Below, one piece after another: positions 1-13,583 of a stretch of 64,000 nucleotides of DNA. Position 1 is the first letter of the stretch, and each line of letters starts with the position of its first letter. The notes below the pieces were generated by a model. The model saw nothing but the letters and a program-made list of their open reading frames with translations, was not told the DNA's origin and searched no databases. This DNA comes from Oopsacas minuta (taxonomy: Eukaryota > Animalia > Porifera): positions 124,001 through 188,000 of the forward strand of contig JAKMXF010000308.1 of NCBI GenBank assembly GCA_024704765.1, in the 5' to 3' direction. The translations under genes and the position numbers were made by a program.

Positions 1-405
1 GTCATTTGACCGCCCAAAATTTAGGATTGGTGTCATAAGCGCCAAGTGTGGGTACATCGGAGGGGAGGGTGCTAGTGTCAGGAGAGCTCATCTCAATTTT
101 TTTGGCGAATAATTAATATAATTTGAGTATATTTCTTAGAAATTGGATATGAAAGTCATCTTATTTTCTAAAATTTCTGATATTGGGCCTGTAACTAGGT
201 GACAGATTAGCTCAGGATGGCTCTAAGAGTGTGGAAAATCGCATCGACCAAACCTCTTTCAGTCGCTCACCCCCCAAAGCAAAAATCTTGAAAAGCCACT
301 GTATTGGAATTTTTGTAATTCCGGAAACCCCAAAGGCTGCTTGTAATTAATACTTACTATATCATACCTCAATACTGCTCAATATTATAAACACAAAAAT
401 TCAAT

Positions 406-885
406 TTAATCCTTTGAATCACCTCTATACATCCTACCATATGGTCTAGATCCCGGCATATTTCCTCTCTCGTGTGGACCGGGCATAGACATTGTTCCCC
501 CTGTAAATTGGGGAGGACCCGGGTCTCCTTGAAATGCAGGTCCATTCGGGCCCATTGGTCCACCGGAACCAGGCGGTAACATTCCACCGGGAGGACCGAC
601 TGGACCACCCATCATGACCGGTGGAGGGACCATTGACATCTGCCCGGGAGGCATGCCCATCCCTCTAACTGGTACTCCGCCTCCCATAAAGAAAGGAGGC
701 ATGGCATTCCCCATCTGAGCCTTGTAAGTCTGATCGATAAAGCTCTGAGCTTGTTCCTCGATCCATTTGGTGTAGTAGAGTCTCACTGCTTCCTTGTGCT
801 TCCTACCTCCGTTGTGGGTTTTACGAACTGAGGGGCTGTCATGAGTAAGATAAGTATCACAATAATCACAGTAGTATTTAGGCAT
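406..885 (-). CDS. SNRPC: U1 snRNP protein C (U1-C), intronless
   Basis: N-terminus [32 protein letters not shown] is the conserved U1-C matrin-type zinc finger, followed by a Met/Pro/Gly-rich tail. Confidence 0.97.
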   Translation of the reverse strand: MPKYYCDYCDTYLTHDSPSVRKTHNGGRKHKEAVRLYYTKWIEEQAQSFIDQTYKAQMGNAMPPFFMGGGVPVRGMGMPPGQMSMVPPPVMMGGPVGPPGGMLPPGSGGPMGPNGPAFQGDPGPPQFTGGTMSMPGPHERGNMPGSRPYGRMYRGDSKD

Positions 886-3800
886 TAGCTATAAATAAGA
901 GGATGATATAGAAATGAGATCACGAGAGAAAGTTGTGAATAAGGAGCGTAACTAGCAACTTGCTTAACTAATTAATCAGGACATAAATATTTAGATGATT
1001 TTGCAAAACAAATCAATAATTTTTTATTGATCTTTCAGGAATGCTGCAGTGAGTGAGTCATATTACCAACATAATGTCTATGCATATCAACACTATTATT
1101 TTGTCAGAACACCAACACAAGTTGGCAGATGATCTGTCACAAAAATTTTGGTCACCCTGAAAAAATGGTCCGAAGGATCACAATTCAATGAAAATTGGTC
1201 ATACCTGAATAAAGTAAACAAATAGCCTCTACATATATCAAAGTATATGTAGAGGCCTGCTCTTAACGACTACAAGTAATAAAATACACTGAATCCGAAA
1301 TTTGCATTAAAGTATCAAATATGTAAATTAATTGTTGTATTTATGAATATAAAGTAAACAAATTGTTGGGTTATTATTAAATAATATTTCAATCCCGCAA
1401 TTATATACTTTGCTAAATTCAAGGCACTAAGTGCTGAGTAGCATGCGGACACTGTGTTGGCGAGCGAAATGGCTCATAATAATTAACATCAATTTTATGG
1501 AAGAACTATTGGAGAGTCAAGATCTGATACAAGAGGTGTTCAGTATCTAAAAATCTTGAAAATCTTGAAAATAAACTAATAAGGGAAAAATTCACTTCAA
1601 CAACAATACTAAGCACTAAAACACCCAATCAAACATTCGGGATGTAATCTGCATCTGGACAACATCTCTTTGAGGCTTGGAAACTAATCTGAGAAAATCC
1701 CTGAGCTACAATCCAAATGGTGACCAAAATACATCAAAATCTTCAGTTACGCGTTTTACTAAAGAGAAGAAACTGGACATAGCCAAATTGGAAAAATCTA
1801 GACAATGGTCACCCTAGCAAAAATGGTCCTAGGGTAGGATCAAATTTTCACAAAAATTTGGGCCGAGGGTGGGCAAAATTGTATAGAAAAATGGTCTCAA
1901 TTATCAACAATAAAATTCAATTATTGGTATTCTGCAGAAATATAGGCTGTCAAGTCACCAATTGCAGAGCTCTCTTTCTGGAAACTATCAAAATCGTGAG
2001 ATGTATGATTTACTATTAGTTTTCCAAGAAAAGACCAGGGATTCTGGGGAAAATTGTGAGAGTTGAGAGTCAAGAGCACTATACTATACGTTGTCAAATT
2101 ACGAACACTATTATGATAGTTCATAGATACCAACCTGGTGTCTCGCCAATCCGTGAGATTTCTTCTCAAAAGGCGACAGATTTGGAATTTCAGCTCAAAA
2201 AATACAGTGAAGAATCAAAAAAGGCGTGAGGTCACTTTTTGTCCTCTGAATAAGCGTGAGACTCACGGCTAAGGCCTGAGAGTTGGCATCTCTATATTGT
2301 ATCGGCATTATTCACTAAGGAATATGGTTCCCCCGAACATTATTTTCTAGAGAATATCGTTCCCTGAACAGTTCAAAGTTGAGCTATTAAAAATATAAAT
2401 CCGCATGCATGTATACATATATACTTATCATGACGGTTGTCAAGCAATCGAATTAACTTTTCACGTTGGTGGTAATAGATTTCTCTATTTTCAAAAGAGA
2501 ATTCTATTAAATATCCAGTAATACCTCATGAAAACTTTTCCTCATTCAAATAGCCAAAATAATATGTACCGTCTTTCAGCGAGATGACTCCTCCCTCGTG
2601 CCAAGATAAAGGGATAAAAAATTCGAGAGGTAATATAATATGTGTCTAGCGGCAAGTTTGAAGTTTCTTAAAAAGTCAGTTCCGTTCCGTCAATTAGGGT
2701 ATCAAAATGGTCCGGTCCGTTCCGTGGATTAGTGAAGCCTGAGATATCGTGAGAAAGCGTAAGATTTTGGAGCTAGCCGTAAGAAGCGTGAGAGTTGACA
2801 TATCTGGATAGCTTTATGTTTATCTAATAAGTAAATAAATAATTAGCATCATTTTGATGGAAGATGAGCTTAGAGAGAGTCAATATCTGATGCAAGAGGT
2901 GTATTAGTTAAGGCGCCCTGAAAGAGGAGTCGTAATAACATGTTGAGGAAAAGATGGCAGCCGCCTTAGAATTGATACCCTGACCAACCTGAGGATGTCA
3001 GGACAGCACAGGAGGATATGTCTTTCGGTATATCCACTCAAGAATATATTTCAGATCCATCCTCTGCTTGTATATTTCTAAATATTATTAGTAATGTATG
3101 TTAAGGTATATGTTTGTGTTGTAATGTTCTGTCACTGTCCAGAGTTGCTACTCTGCTGATGAGATCTAGAGATGATCGAAACAGCGAATTTGCATAATAT
3201 ACTGTTTGATATGTTTGGATAAAGTTTGTGTCATAATAAGAAAACTTGACACACTGAAAAATATTTTTGAATTATTTGAAAATTTATTAAAGTTGTGTTT
3301 ATTGAAACAAAAAAACAGTTAAATGAACCAAGCTAAATGCTCCGGGATACATTTTTATAGAGGGATATTCATATTACACAGCCCTTATATCTACCTAATT
3401 TCAGTATACTTCTCAAGTCAATAACACCCATGATAGACTCTGGGGGGGGAGATTGCCAATTAACGTTGTTGGGGGGGGGCCTATAAAACTGCATTCAAAT
3501 GATGTCCATTAGGAGATTTGATAATAATAAGGAAGTCTCCGAGAAACGTACATTTCTCTATAACGGACAAAAGCCATGTCGCCAAAGGCCAATGTGTTCG
3601 TTATTCGGAGACTTTATTGCATTGACCAACCAGTCGGTAGACAATCTGTGGCTCTTATTACCACCGGGCGGTTAGTGTCGTGTCAATAGATACTTCATTA
3701 ATATTACCATCCATAATTACACACAAAGATATATGCTAACAAAAGGGATGGCTACGACGAGGTTGTAATGTCACAGGGATTATGAATTTATGCACAAGTG

Positions 3801-6800
3801 TGTTTGTACAACGAAAAGATAGATAGGTAGCTTAATTAAAACTTAACTAAACAAATTCGTCCATTGTATCTTCAATCTATATTATTAAATCGTCATTCTT
3901 GTTTGTCCGTCAGTTTGTTAGTCGTAAAGGAAAGGATTTATGGTTATGGCATTTTGAATTAGAATTTAGCGATTCCCAAATTTCGCATAATTATGCATTT
4001 ATAGTGTTTGCCCAGCAAGTAAACAGAATTCAATAAAACTTGACTAAATATGCTTAATCTGATTTTCACACTTTCGAATTAATCATATTTTAATCTATGT
4101 TTTTTTTGATACAAATTATAAATTACAGGATAATGACTGAGTAAAATGTTGTAACAATTAATATATTATAAAATATTTCGTGGAACTTAGTTAATATGAC
4201 CACCAACGGATGGCCAAAATATGTTCGCTTTATCTGGAGTTTAGATTAATTAAGGTATAATCATACCAACAAAACGATACTACAATACATACATCAAATC
4301 TGAATTTATTTCTTCCACTTCTTCAATATTCGATGTATAAGAGGCTCGGAAATATTTGATAAAATTTAAGAGTATAACACATCCGTCCCCGGTTGGCGGC
4401 TGTTACGCTAATGTATTATAATGATAGCGAATAAATAAGGGAAAATTATTCCAAAGGTTATGTGAACCTAATGATGTACAAACATTCTGCCATACATAGA
4501 ATAGTAATTAATGTTATATGTCCTTAGCCAAATTATGCAAATATAACTATATGAGATTCTCATAAATATTCTAGTAAATGAAGCATATATCACACAGTAC
4601 TCGCACTAAGCACCTGCATATGAGTCAGATTGAGTCACTCAGTTAACAATGTAACTCATTTGAACTATCTTATTAAACAAAATGTGAATTTAATACTAAA
4701 GAATACTCTACACTCAATTAACCTCCTGAATAAGGTAAATTGAGCGATCGATAGGATTGTAAATTGTAATTATATACTTTCTGAGAATTCAAATTCAAAA
4801 ATTGTTAGCTACGTACTATTACATCATATCAGTTATTCACCTTGTTAAGATATTAATTATTACAAGTCAGATGGTATCGAATAGTATTATATTCTCCATA
4901 ACAACCTAAGTACGTAATTATTATTATTAATTATGCTTCAGAATGGATTAACTAGGAGACCTGATTAAATTCTTACAGGAAATGTTTCGATAGCCAGCAA
5001 GTGGGTCACTAGTCACAATTTTTTTGGATTATCCAATCGGGGATAAGCTCAACCAACAGCTAGTATAGTCCACATGCAACCCCTGGGTAACAGATAGAAT
5101 TAATTTATAATGAAGAACTGAGTTATTCAATATATAGTCGACTCCAGTGGGATAATTATCAGGGTTTTCTGAGCACGCTCCTAGCGCTCTTCTTCTCAAT
5201 TTTTCACAGGCCTAACTCAGTAAATCAGTGTTACGGTATAGGGAAATATCCTCTATTTTCACGCTCTTACACCTAATTTCATCAAACCTCATGCGCCTAG
5301 AGGAGCGTCCGGCGCTCCCAGATAATACCTTGAAGTCTCTACTCATCATAATTGAGCCATCAATTAATTGGAACACTTATCCAGGAACAGAATTATGTCA
5401 ATTGTGTTACATTGTACTGCCATCTGCGTATTTCTCCTTAAGAAGGTCATAAGCTAATTATTTAATGCACCTTTTAATGAAACATATTTCGGTATTTACG
5501 TTTACTATGTATTTGAAAATACATGTTATAGCCTTATAGGGTAGCCTACACCTTTGCTACATATTTTAGTGTAACTTCAATTAGGTTGAATTCTACAATA
5601 ATTATTTTGGATGAAAACAGTAGTATTTTTTATGAGAAATTATAATAATATTTGTACATTATGAGATGTATTCAAGTCTAACATTGACAAATTCTACTAT
5701 TTCGAGGTTGACATTGATGTATAATACGTTCAAATAGCTCTTAAGTGAGTTAAATTTATTGAAACTTAGGAATCTTCTTGGAAAATGCAATTTATCAGAG
5801 AGTTATTTTCTGGTTATCATTGTTTGCGTGATTATCTGTAGCCAATGACATGAATAAATTGTTGGTGTGAATTGTTTTAAATTCGATTAGAGGTGGTCCG
5901 CGGGTGAATAAAGATCGAGAACCACTAGTGGACCTGTTAAATGATAATATTTATTATTCGCATGGTTTGTAAAAAGAGCCGTTTTAATACATTTCACATA
6001 CTTAAACAGTAGCCGATACAAACTTTGTAAAGTGCGGGGTGAAGTGCGTGAAGAGCGAGGGAATTATTATGCAGAGGTCTGGGGGAACTTTTCCTCAAAA
6101 ATATAATCCAAACTCTCAAATATCAATTTACTCCTATTATGTCACCCTTGGAGGCTGGAGCATTGGACAAATTTTAATTCTACCATAAGGTAAGCTACCA
6201 TATTTACAAAAATAAATATTTAGTGGTTCACAAAATGGGGACATTACCTCCCCCTGGAACCGTCACTCTTAGAAGCATAAAGTTTCACTAATGGGATTTT
6301 TCTCTTTAGATTACCAGTTATTCATTAAAATGAATGCGAGAACGTTTTAGACCCTCGAAGCCTTCGAAATGTGTCGAGTTTAAAAGTAAATAATAAAATA
6401 AAAGCAGGATATAAACATGGGGGGGAAAAGCTTTTCTGTAGTTTCATCCTACAATATGAGATCATCAAGGTATAATCACAAAGCCAGAATATTTCTCGTT
6501 TAGAATTGAAATCTTTGTAAGTATCGTGCCATCTGGTGTAAATTATACCAGACCAACTTGCAACCAACAAAGGGAATATATTGACACACTAAATCATTAC
6601 TAATTACAATATGTTTTTCAAGAATAATGAGATTTCTCTCCTTTTCTTGAATGCCTAAATTAACTTAGCATCTATCAACTAGTCAAACTGTACAGACTGA
6701 AATACTGACGCAATTGAATTGAATGGCCTATGTAGGTATAAAAGCAAACCTGCAAGAAAGCCAAATTAGTTTCAAGAAAAGCAACAAATATTAGAAATAT

Positions 6801-6817
6801 TCCGATTTCAGAATAAC

Positions 6818-8815
6818 ATGCAACAACAAAACGAAATAAATGCAACTGAAAAAGAGCCCCAAACATCTAGGAATACATCAAGAATATTTCAATCACGTAG
6901 AGCGAGACATCAGAGATTTTATTCAATGTCTGGAGAAGAAAAATCACAAAATAACCATCTCTATAAATTTAAATGTTTTGCCGCAAGATGGCAAAGGAGT
7001 ATATCAAAGAAATATGAACCTATACGTACAAACAAACACACCTTAAGGATTTTGAAATTAATTAGCCCAATATTTACAAGGGTCGTGATAGCGCTAATCT
7101 GGTTTGCGCTTATTATTGCAATCGCAATCCCATCACCAGAAGGTCACGGCTTAATAAGCCCATCTAATGTTAGCGATACATCAATAAATGAAACTGATCA
7201 GATTCTTAATTCCACTGCAATCAACATTTCTGAGACAAATGGATCATACAAGCTAAAACTGGTTCTGCCAGTTAGTTCAGAACACATATCAGTAGTTTTA
7301 GAGAAGAATAACACACAAATCACATCACTAAACTACAGAATAGACAGACTGCCAACAAATGAACAGGTTCCTACAGGTCTGTTAGCAGATCTCTCTAAAG
7401 ATCCCTACTCAATAATATCTCTATGTCTGCTGGTAGTATTCTCCTCTGTAATGGGATATCTCTTCAGACTTATCTGGCTACCTTCACTATTAGGCATGAT
7501 GCTAGCTGGTATTGTATACACACATATCACGTACAAGTGGGGTAATATCTCTCCTATTCCGAGATCAGTTTCTTCCATACTAAGGAGCATTTCCCTTGTT
7601 GTTATCCTCTCTAGAGGAGGTCTGGGTATCTCTCCCAGCAAGTTACGAGCACGAGCATTCGAAATACTCCGTCTAGCTACAATTCCATGTCTGGGAGAGG
7701 CAGTTACAGTTGCGATTGCTTGTTACTTGATCCTGAGCATAGCTAAGGAATACTGGTACTGGGCAGCAATGTCTGGTTGCATAGTTGCAGCTGTATCTCC
7801 TGCAGTAGTTCTACCGCTTATGCTACATCTACAAGAAAAACGCTACGGAACAAATAAAGGAATTCCAACTATGGTAATAGCAGCGTCTTCTTTTGATGAC
7901 GTCATCTCCATATCTCTATTCTATATTTTCCTGACTTTAGCTTACTCAACGTCTGACCTAGCATTCACACTTGTACGAGGGCCATTGGAATTGTTAATAG
8001 GTTTAGTGTACGGTGTTATCATAGGGATTATTGGCAGATACATAGCAGCAGGGGAGAAGCAAGCTTCTATCAATAGGAACAGGTTAATGTTCCTATTAGG
8101 CGGATCTCTACTGGCTATCCTCGGTAGTAAGAAGGTTATTATAAACGGATCTGGTTTGGGAGGAGCTGGTGCGCTGGGGGTTGTGTCCTCAGCTCTGCTC
8201 TGCTCACTTTCATGGAAGAAAGAAAAAGAATTAGTAGAAGTCAGTTTAAAAATAATCTGGCAATTAGCTCAGCCGATCCTATTTGGAATAATTGGATATG
8301 AAATAAATTTCTTAAAAGAGGGATTTGATGCTATTATGATAGCAAAGGTAATATCTGTGATTATAATAGGTCTCATAGCACGTTGTCTACTAGCATTTTT
8401 GAGTGTAGTTTGTGCTCGGGGAATTCTTTTAAAAGAGAAGTTGTTTATTCCTATAGCCTGGTTTCCAAAGGCTACAGTACAAGCAGCAATAGGGTCAGTG
8501 GCATTAGACGCGGCAACAAATGATAATCAAGTATACTACAGCAAGATTGTTCTGTACATAGCTGTATTTTCCATTCTCATAACTGCACCCATGGGAGCCT
8601 TATTAATAAACTTCACAGGTAAGAGATTGGTGCAAAAAGACGATCAAATTGAAACTGAAAACAACAAGAAAAGTATAAAATCCACAGAAACTGGAGTTAC
8701 TGACATCAGTCAGTGTTCTAAAGATTCTTCTTCACCCCTGGGTGCAAAAAAGTTAATGGAGGAGTTAGAGAATGGCGATGTTCATGTAAAAGTTGAGCAC
8801 AATACAACTACATGA
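6818..8815 (+). CDS. SLC9B: Na+/H+ antiporter of the NHA (SLC9B/CPA2-like) family, intronless, 665 aa
   Basis: Many hydrophobic helices plus NHA motifs LPSLLGMMLAG, AAVSPAVV, AASSFDDV (acidic DD pair) and AWFPKATVQAAIG. Confidence 0.92.
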   Translation: MQQQNEINATEKEPQTSRNTSRIFQSRRARHQRFYSMSGEEKSQNNHLYKFKCFAARWQRSISKKYEPIRTNKHTLRILKLISPIFTRVVIALIWFALIIAIAIPSPEGHGLISPSNVSDTSINETDQILNSTAINISETNGSYKLKLVLPVSSEHISVVLEKNNTQITSLNYRIDRLPTNEQVPTGLLADLSKDPYSIISLCLLVVFSSVMGYLFRLIWLPSLLGMMLAGIVYTHITYKWGNISPIPRSVSSILRSISLVVILSRGGLGISPSKLRARAFEILRLATIPCLGEAVTVAIACYLILSIAKEYWYWAAMSGCIVAAVSPAVVLPLMLHLQEKRYGTNKGIPTMVIAASSFDDVISISLFYIFLTLAYSTSDLAFTLVRGPLELLIGLVYGVIIGIIGRYIAAGEKQASINRNRLMFLLGGSLLAILGSKKVIINGSGLGGAGALGVVSSALLCSLSWKKEKELVEVSLKIIWQLAQPILFGIIGYEINFLKEGFDAIMIAKVISVIIIGLIARCLLAFLSVVCARGILLKEKLFIPIAWFPKATVQAAIGSVALDAATNDNQVYYSKIVLYIAVFSILITAPMGALLINFTGKRLVQKDDQIETENNKKSIKSTETGVTDISQCSKDSSSPLGAKKLMEELENGDVHVKVEHNTTT

Positions 8816-10013
8816 TTTTAATTTACATTATAAAGTATGTAGCTATATTGAATTTGGAATTTTACTGTTGCCCTGTTCTTGTACCTGAGAGTACATTAAT
8901 TACATTGCTCAATATTTTATTCTATATCCTCAAGATACTGAACTCACATACGCATGTATATATATCGAGGAAACTATTAATACACATTAAATAATATATA
9001 ACAGTCACTGATTTGTCAGCTAATATATATAAATAGAAAATAAGTTTACCTACTGTACTATGACAGGAAAGATAATTCTGTTGCGTAACTATGATTATTC
9101 TTAAATTTCAGGTATACATCATTTTGTGTGGGTATAAGACTTAATACGTAAATCATTATGAAGATTGATGAATTTGTTACAGAAGTAATTTAATCATGAT
9201 CTCAGAAATAATTAGGTTTAAGTGTGTTCTGTTCATTATTTTTATATCAATGGTATTTGCATGCAGCATGCAATATAGCCAGCTTTTACTGCTTGCTAAT
9301 ATGATTACAATTAGTGTAGGTCGACAACCTGCTGTGGAGTTCGTGTATATTTTAATTTGATTACTTACACCTGTCCAGCTGTATGTACAAAATTACGAGT
9401 TCATTTACGAAAACATAATTTGCTAGATGGTAAATATGGTACTAGCATTAGTGGGATACATCTTATGATAATGAATCAATAAGAAATATTCTGATATGGC
9501 GTATGGAAATAGTTTTGAGAATACTAAGGAATATGAAGAGAGCGAGCGAACTTTATTTATATACTTTCGGTCTATAATGTGTCCAGAAATGAGCCAATAT
9601 GTGGGAAATCATTTTCTACGTTCGGCAACATAAACCATGAATTCCTAGAATACAGTTGTTATAGTATATAAGAACAAAGACCCTTAGTAGTAGCAAAATA
9701 TGTTCTGTTAACCGGTATGAGCGCGTTTTGGGGATCCGGGTGAGAATCATTTGAAGAACAATAGATAATAGTAAGGCAGCTTATAACAATTCCATTAGTG
9801 GGTGGATAAGGCACAAAACTTTTTTGATGATTAATTAGAATATTTGCTTTCTGCAATAGATATTTTATGTAAAATATGTATTGCCGAAATCAGCCCAATA
9901 TAAGTTACGTCACCAAAAATTGTAGATGAATAATACGTATTATACGTAATACGTCTTCATTAAAAGACGTATTAAACAACTTAGATCTATACTATCAAAA
10001 CGCAATTAATATA

Positions 10014-10113
10014 CAGAGGAGTCTCCAAATAATGGACACGTTGGGGACATGGTATCTGTCCGTTGTATAGAATTGTCCGCTCCTCGAAGTGTCCGTTTTG
10101 GGAGACTCCACTG
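10014..10113. mobile_element. 100-bp TA-flanked MITE with CAG(T)-type ends (pogo/Tigger-like)
   Basis: Left end cagaggagtctccaaataatggacac; right end reverse-complements to cagtggagtctcccaaaacggacac; TA on both sides (10012-13, 10114-15). Confidence 0.75.
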
Positions 10114-11215
10114 TATTTGTAGGTCCAGAATTGATTGAAGAAACTGGAGAACCACCAGGGCTGGTTTTTGGGATTCAGGGGTATTTTGTGCCTGGCTCGG
10201 ACAAGTTCGAGTCTTGGATGAAAATTAACACACATGACGAAATTATGACGTCATTATCACCTTTTTGGATTCTAGAAAATCACCTTATTAACCACTCCTC
10301 AGCGAATATACATGATAAAAGTTTGAAATTTGAATCACAGGTACCCCTCAATGTGACAAATGTTCTAACGTCATGATTCTGACCAAAAGCTAAATTAATC
10401 ATGGGATTATTACGTCATCATGACTGTACAAAAATTTCAGAATTTCAATATACCTGAGGCATAAAGTGCCAAGATTACTAACCAAAAGCCACGTAGCAGC
10501 TCCAGTATGACCATAGAAGATCATTAAATGGAATTTAGATGGACCATGGATAATACAAATATAAATTTCCACAAAAAATTATATAAGAGTGGAAAATAAG
10601 TACCATTTCCATAGATGGTTAAGAAATCTTATTATTATTATACCACCCGACGGCTTCACTAAGAAACAATATGCCAATCATACACGACTTAGTTGCATAG
10701 TCTATGTTGAATTTCAATGCTACTTTTGTTGTAAAGTACGTATATGTTAAATTTAAAACCGATGTATATTGAATGTTGCGGTAAATGTGAATGCATTCAA
10801 ATTTCAACTGTCTCAACATATTCGCTGTGATTCTGACTTGTCAATTTCTCAACTTATTCACGGTGATTGCAAGAAAGGTACATCGTGCATACAGTAGTGA
10901 AACTGTAGCTGAACAAACTCATAAAATTCTGAATTTATTTCTCAGATATTCAACCATATTTTAAGTTACGTGCATGAAATATACATTTATTGTATTTCTT
11001 AAAGAACTAGTCTACTTGTTGTGTTTTCGCCACTTCGGCCATTTAAAATAGCAAATTCAATGCCTGTCCACTTTGATAATTGTTAAATATATAAAGTCCT
11101 ATATTTCTGGCATCCTATAGAACTTAGATATTACCCAACACAAACAATATAATATTCAAATTTCTTATTAATACTGAGATGTGTAAGTTCACCATACATT
11201 TATTGATAAATATAA

Positions 11216-11293
11216 TGGACCGTTCAAACGTTACGTAACGCTACAAGGGGAGGGGATGCTAAAATTTGCGTTACTCAGCGTTTGAACAGCCCC
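11216..11293. mobile_element. 78-bp PIF/Harbinger-like MITE
   Basis: Imperfect 26-bp TIRs (tggaccgttcaaacgttacgtaacgc vs ggggctgttcaaacgctgagtaacgc) flanked by TAA on both sides (11213-15, 11294-96). Confidence 0.65.
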
Positions 11294-11533
11294 TAACACC
11301 AACAAGCAACAATTATGTTGTATGTCGCATAAAATAGAAAAGTTTCAGTTCCTTGCAATAAGTACTACACTCAATAAAGTTACATCGTCTACATGCAATA
11401 GCTGATTTAGAATTGTTTGCCATGGTAAAGTTACGTCATATCCATAGTACTACTTTGATCTAGTATAAATAAGAGTGAGAGGGAAAGACTGATGAAACAA
11501 TGATAAATATTGTAAATTACAAACAAATGAAAA

Positions 11534-13198
11534 ATGACAACAAAGAGTGCAAAATTAGCTGTTAGCATTACAGTAATTTCTACAATAATTTTAATAATAT
11601 TAAGATTATCATTTCGATCAGATTTCAAATTTGAGTCTTCAGAAAAACAATTTTCTTTATCTACAAGCAAGAATGAGAATAGTCTTTACGATCTTACAAG
11701 GGAAGACAGCCTATTAGTGTTCTTACACATACAAAAGACAGGCGGTACAGTATTTGGAATACACCTGCTTAAAGATATAGAGGGGTTCTCTTGTCCTTGC
11801 GCGCTTAGAAGCGGAAAGAAACGAAGACATTGTGAATGTTATCATCCAGGTAGGATATTTTAGTAATGATTAGGAAAAATAGGTAAATACATAGCATAAT
11901 TTACTCAACTTAACTATTTAGGTAATCACCAATTATGGTACTTTTCCCGCTACACACGAGGATGGATCTGTGGAGTACATCCCGACTACACAACTCTAAT
12001 ACATTGCTTGCCAAATCTTCTAGAAAGAAAAACAGAGGAGCTTCAACAGAACACACTGACAGGTACTGTCACAGATAAGCCTGACGTCACACCTAATTAC
12101 CTTTATGTTACACTACTGAGAGATCCTATTCACAGATATTTAAGTGAATATAGGTGAGTACAAGTTAACATTAATTAATAAAAGTATATTATGGGAATAA
12201 CATTTAGTATACATTGCAAGAATTATTTGTATTGTAAGTATGGAAATTTTAGCTGTGGAGAAGTGGAGCTAAGGTTTCTTAATTAACTTATTTGATAAGG
12301 AGTTATCAATTATTGAGGTCAAACATCTGATAAATGTATTTTTAGAGCAAAATTCCAACAATAATAATCGAAAAAGGAAATTTAGTTTGACCAATGATAA
12401 ATTAGCAAAATGCGTCAATTAAAGCTGTACAATCAGTTTTAATGGTTTCAGAATGAATGTCTCAAATATTTCCTTTCATTATTAGGATTCTAATCACAGA
12501 AATGATGGATTACATAACTTCAAATAAGATTTCAGATTACCAGCATTATGTCGTTAAAATTATTTAGATTCTGAGATAAGTTCCACTGATGACTAAACTC
12601 ACTAATAGATTTCAAATGCATTGTCTTCTTATTATAGATTATATGAAACTTAAACTAACATTATAAAGATATATCTTTTGTTAGACATACAAAGCTCGGA
12701 GCGAAATGGCCTTTAAGAGAAGCTCAATGTAAACATGGCAAGTTCTATCTGGACGCCAATGTAAAACAACAAAACGCATCGAACTGTTTTCCAGATGGAG
12801 CTGAAGATTGGAAAGGAGTAACTCTAGACGAATTTATGGAATGTGAACTTAACCCAGCAGCCAATAGAATGGCTAAAATGCTAGCGGATTTGACATCAAT
12901 AAAGTGTAATGAAGATTTACTCAAAAACAAAGAAATAGTTGATGAAATGATGCTACAAAGCGCGAAATCTAACCTAGAAAAATTCGCATATTTCGGACTA
13001 ACAGAATTCCAAAGAGAATCACAGGGTCTTTTCGAAAAAACATTCGGAATATCATTTACAAAGGAATTTGAACAACAAGAAACAAATGCGAGTAAAATGA
13101 ATTTAACTTCAAATACAGAAGCAAGATTACAAGAAATAAACTATCTTGATATGGAGTTGTATAGATGGGCAAAAGAATTGTTTCTATCTCGTTTGTGA
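11534..13198 (+). CDS. HS6ST: Heparan-sulfate 6-O-sulfotransferase; exons 11534-11849, 11922-12153, 12685-13198; about 353 aa
   Basis: N-terminal TM anchor, 5'-PSB motif VFLHIQKTGGT, WYFSRYTRGWICGVHPDY, 3'-PB motif TLLRDPIHRYLSEY, DWKGVTLDEFMEC..NR. Introns of 72 and 531 bp are GT-AG and keep the frame. Confidence 0.93.
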
Positions 13199-13583
13199 TA
13201 GAAAATTGAATTGAGAGCTGAGCATTACAAATTGTCCTCATTGTAATTATATTTTATTTGTAGATTTTTAATTATTAGTAATGTAGCTATTTGCAATTAT
13301 AAATACAAGCTTTTATATTTTGATTAAAATCAGCAATATTCCTAGGAAGTATACATTGTCCTTAACAATACACTAATTTAAAGGATATTATCCAACAAAC
13401 CCAGATTTCTATATGAGTAAATATTTAACAATCTAGATAGGCCAGGATAAATTCATATAAATTGAACTTAGAGTAAATATTGTTAAATAATTCCTAAGAG
13501 TGAGGGACTCCAAACTGAGTTATAAAATATACGAATTAGAATTAAGAAGATTTAATAAAGCAAGCATAGCTTGATAAGTTATC

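Noticed and set aside
886-6817. 5.9-kb region without a credible gene
   Set aside because: Only short ORFs and fragments of decayed repeats (aaaaatggtcc motifs at 1150-1910, gagagttggcatc-type ends at 2280 and 2790, an imperfect inverted repeat at 5155-5325). None could be bounded by TIR plus TSD.
9947-9974. 11-bp perfect hairpin taatacgtctt/aagacgtatta
   Set aside because: Could be a Helitron-type 3' hairpin, but no canonical CTRR end follows and short AT-rich stems arise by chance.
10089-10376. 95-aa plus-strand ORF
   Set aside because: Starts at GTG inside a MITE end, runs into repeat-derived sequence and has no recognisable motif.
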